Part shown: positions 63,396-64,000 of the stretch, piece after piece
Numbering within the stretch: the stretch's first letter is position 1
How the letters are laid out: each line of letters opens with the position of its first letter
Source: Croceivirga sp.
GTDB taxonomy: Bacteria; Bacteroidota; Bacteroidia; Flavobacteriales; Flavobacteriaceae
NCBI GenBank assembly: GCA_028284665.1
Contig: JANQRG010000020.1
Coordinates: 46,186-110,185 of the forward strand
Reading direction: 5' to 3'
Length of the DNA: 64,000 bases
Position numbers and translations under genes: made by a program
Notes under the pieces: model-generated
Told to the model about the DNA's origin: nothing
Database searches by the model: none
What the model saw: only the letters and a program-made list of their open reading frames with translations

Positions 63396-64000
63396 TTAGG
63401 GCATAAAAGGCCGGGTATGCACGATGTTTTCAAATTGCCCGCCATAAGTTACCGCTTGCGTACTTTTCAGAAAATCATGGGGGAACCCAAGTTCAATAGC
63501 GCTGATTTCATCTAAAATAGCAACATCTTCTTTTGGCAATTCAAAATGAATACTCTCAAGGTTCGACGCGATGTGACTCACTTTAGTTCCTCCCAGGATC
63601 GGGATGATTTCTTTTTGTTTCACATAGGCAATGGCCACCGCTGTAGGCGCTACTTCATTTTTTGCTGCTATTTCCACTACCTTATCCCCAATGGCTAAAT
63701 TGCGATCGCTTAGGGCAACAAATGCCGCGGTATCTAATCTGCGATTCCCCTGCTTAGATCCGTTTGCATTCTTTTTGCTGTACTTACCGGTAAGAATTCC
63801 GGAAGCCAATGGAGACCATCCTAAGGTGGTCATCCCCTCACTTTTTGCCATGGGCAATAAATCACGTTCCCCGGTTCGTTGCACGAGGCTGTATTCAATT
63901 TGGGATGCCTGAAAGGAAGTCAACCCGTTCATTTTGGCATACATATTTGCTTTGGAGATTATCCAGGCGGGGGCATCTGAGATCCCAAGATAGAGGACCT
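63396..64000 (-). CDS. Aldo/keto reductase, N-terminus beyond right edge
   Basis: The frame stays open upstream of the listed ATG all the way to nt 64000 (...VLYLGISDAPAWIISKANMYAK...). The blocks QIEYSL..R, LGWSPLASG.LTGKY and IPILG are AKR-type. Confidence 0.85.
   Translation of the reverse strand, partial: VLYLGISDAPAWIISKANMYAKMNGLTSFQASQIEYSLVQRTGERDLLPMAKSEGMTTLGWSPLASGILTGKYSKKNANGSKQGNRRLDTAAFVALSDRNLAIGDKVVEIAAKNEVAPTAVAIAYVKQKEIIPILGGTKVSHIASNLESIHFELPKEDVAILDEISAIELGFPHDFLKSTQAVTYGGQFENIVHTRPFMP

Noticed and set aside
1-64000. A search by eye for CRISPR arrays, IS elements or transposases, integrases, phage genes, tRNA or rRNA genes, and known defence-system enzymes (nucleases, helicases, methyltransferases, STAND or AAA ATPases).
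   Set aside because: I saw no regularly spaced direct repeats, no terminal inverted repeats bracketing an ORF, no cloverleaf-like sequence in any intergenic gap, and no DDE, tyrosine-recombinase or P-loop NTPase-rich ORFs beyond gmk. I therefore make no such call. This was a visual inspection only, not tRNAscan or a CRISPR finder.

Overview
The window reads as an ordinary chromosomal segment of a Flavobacteriia-type Bacteroidota genome. The basis is: (a) many TAnnTTTG '-7' promoter boxes 10-40 nt upstream of start codons; (b) no obvious Shine-Dalgarno sequences; (c) lipoprotein-type signal peptides; (d) a CarboxypepD_reg-fronted TonB-dependent receptor; (e) DUF1080 and DUF3078-like genes.

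Coding density is about 90 percent, and I call 55 protein-coding genes. I found no rRNA, tRNA, CRISPR array, transposase, integrase or phage gene.

Recognisable content:
- Housekeeping genes: yicC-gmk-nadD, dgt, dxs, tadA, a csp gene, a ClC channel, aspS.
- A TetR-TolC-MFP-RND efflux operon.
- An ECF sigma factor with a small membrane partner.
- A polyprenyl synthase convergent with a lycopene cyclase.
- An arylsulfotransferase-like lipoprotein.
- A TonB-dependent receptor divergent from a DtxR/MntR-ZIP operon, with shared palindromes.
- A LytS-like kinase with a LytTR regulator.
- A BlaI/BlaR1 pair whose sensor carries ankyrin repeats.
- A SusC/D-less Nudix-regulator / GPH-symporter / GH94-phosphorylase / GH9 locus.
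- A Crp-MFS-SDR-(NTF2x2 + alpha/beta hydrolase)-SDR-AKR cluster.

The best candidate for something undescribed is the cassette at 17530-22007. It encodes a lipoprotein with a roughly 65-residue polyacidic linker, followed 2 nt later by a 1179-aa signal-peptide protein. That protein has a very AT-rich K/E/N-rich central region and a beta-barrel-like C-terminus. Neither protein carries a signature I recognise. The cassette sits between housekeeping genes and is divergent from two more exported unknowns.

All family assignments come from reading motifs in the supplied translations. No alignments or searches were run.
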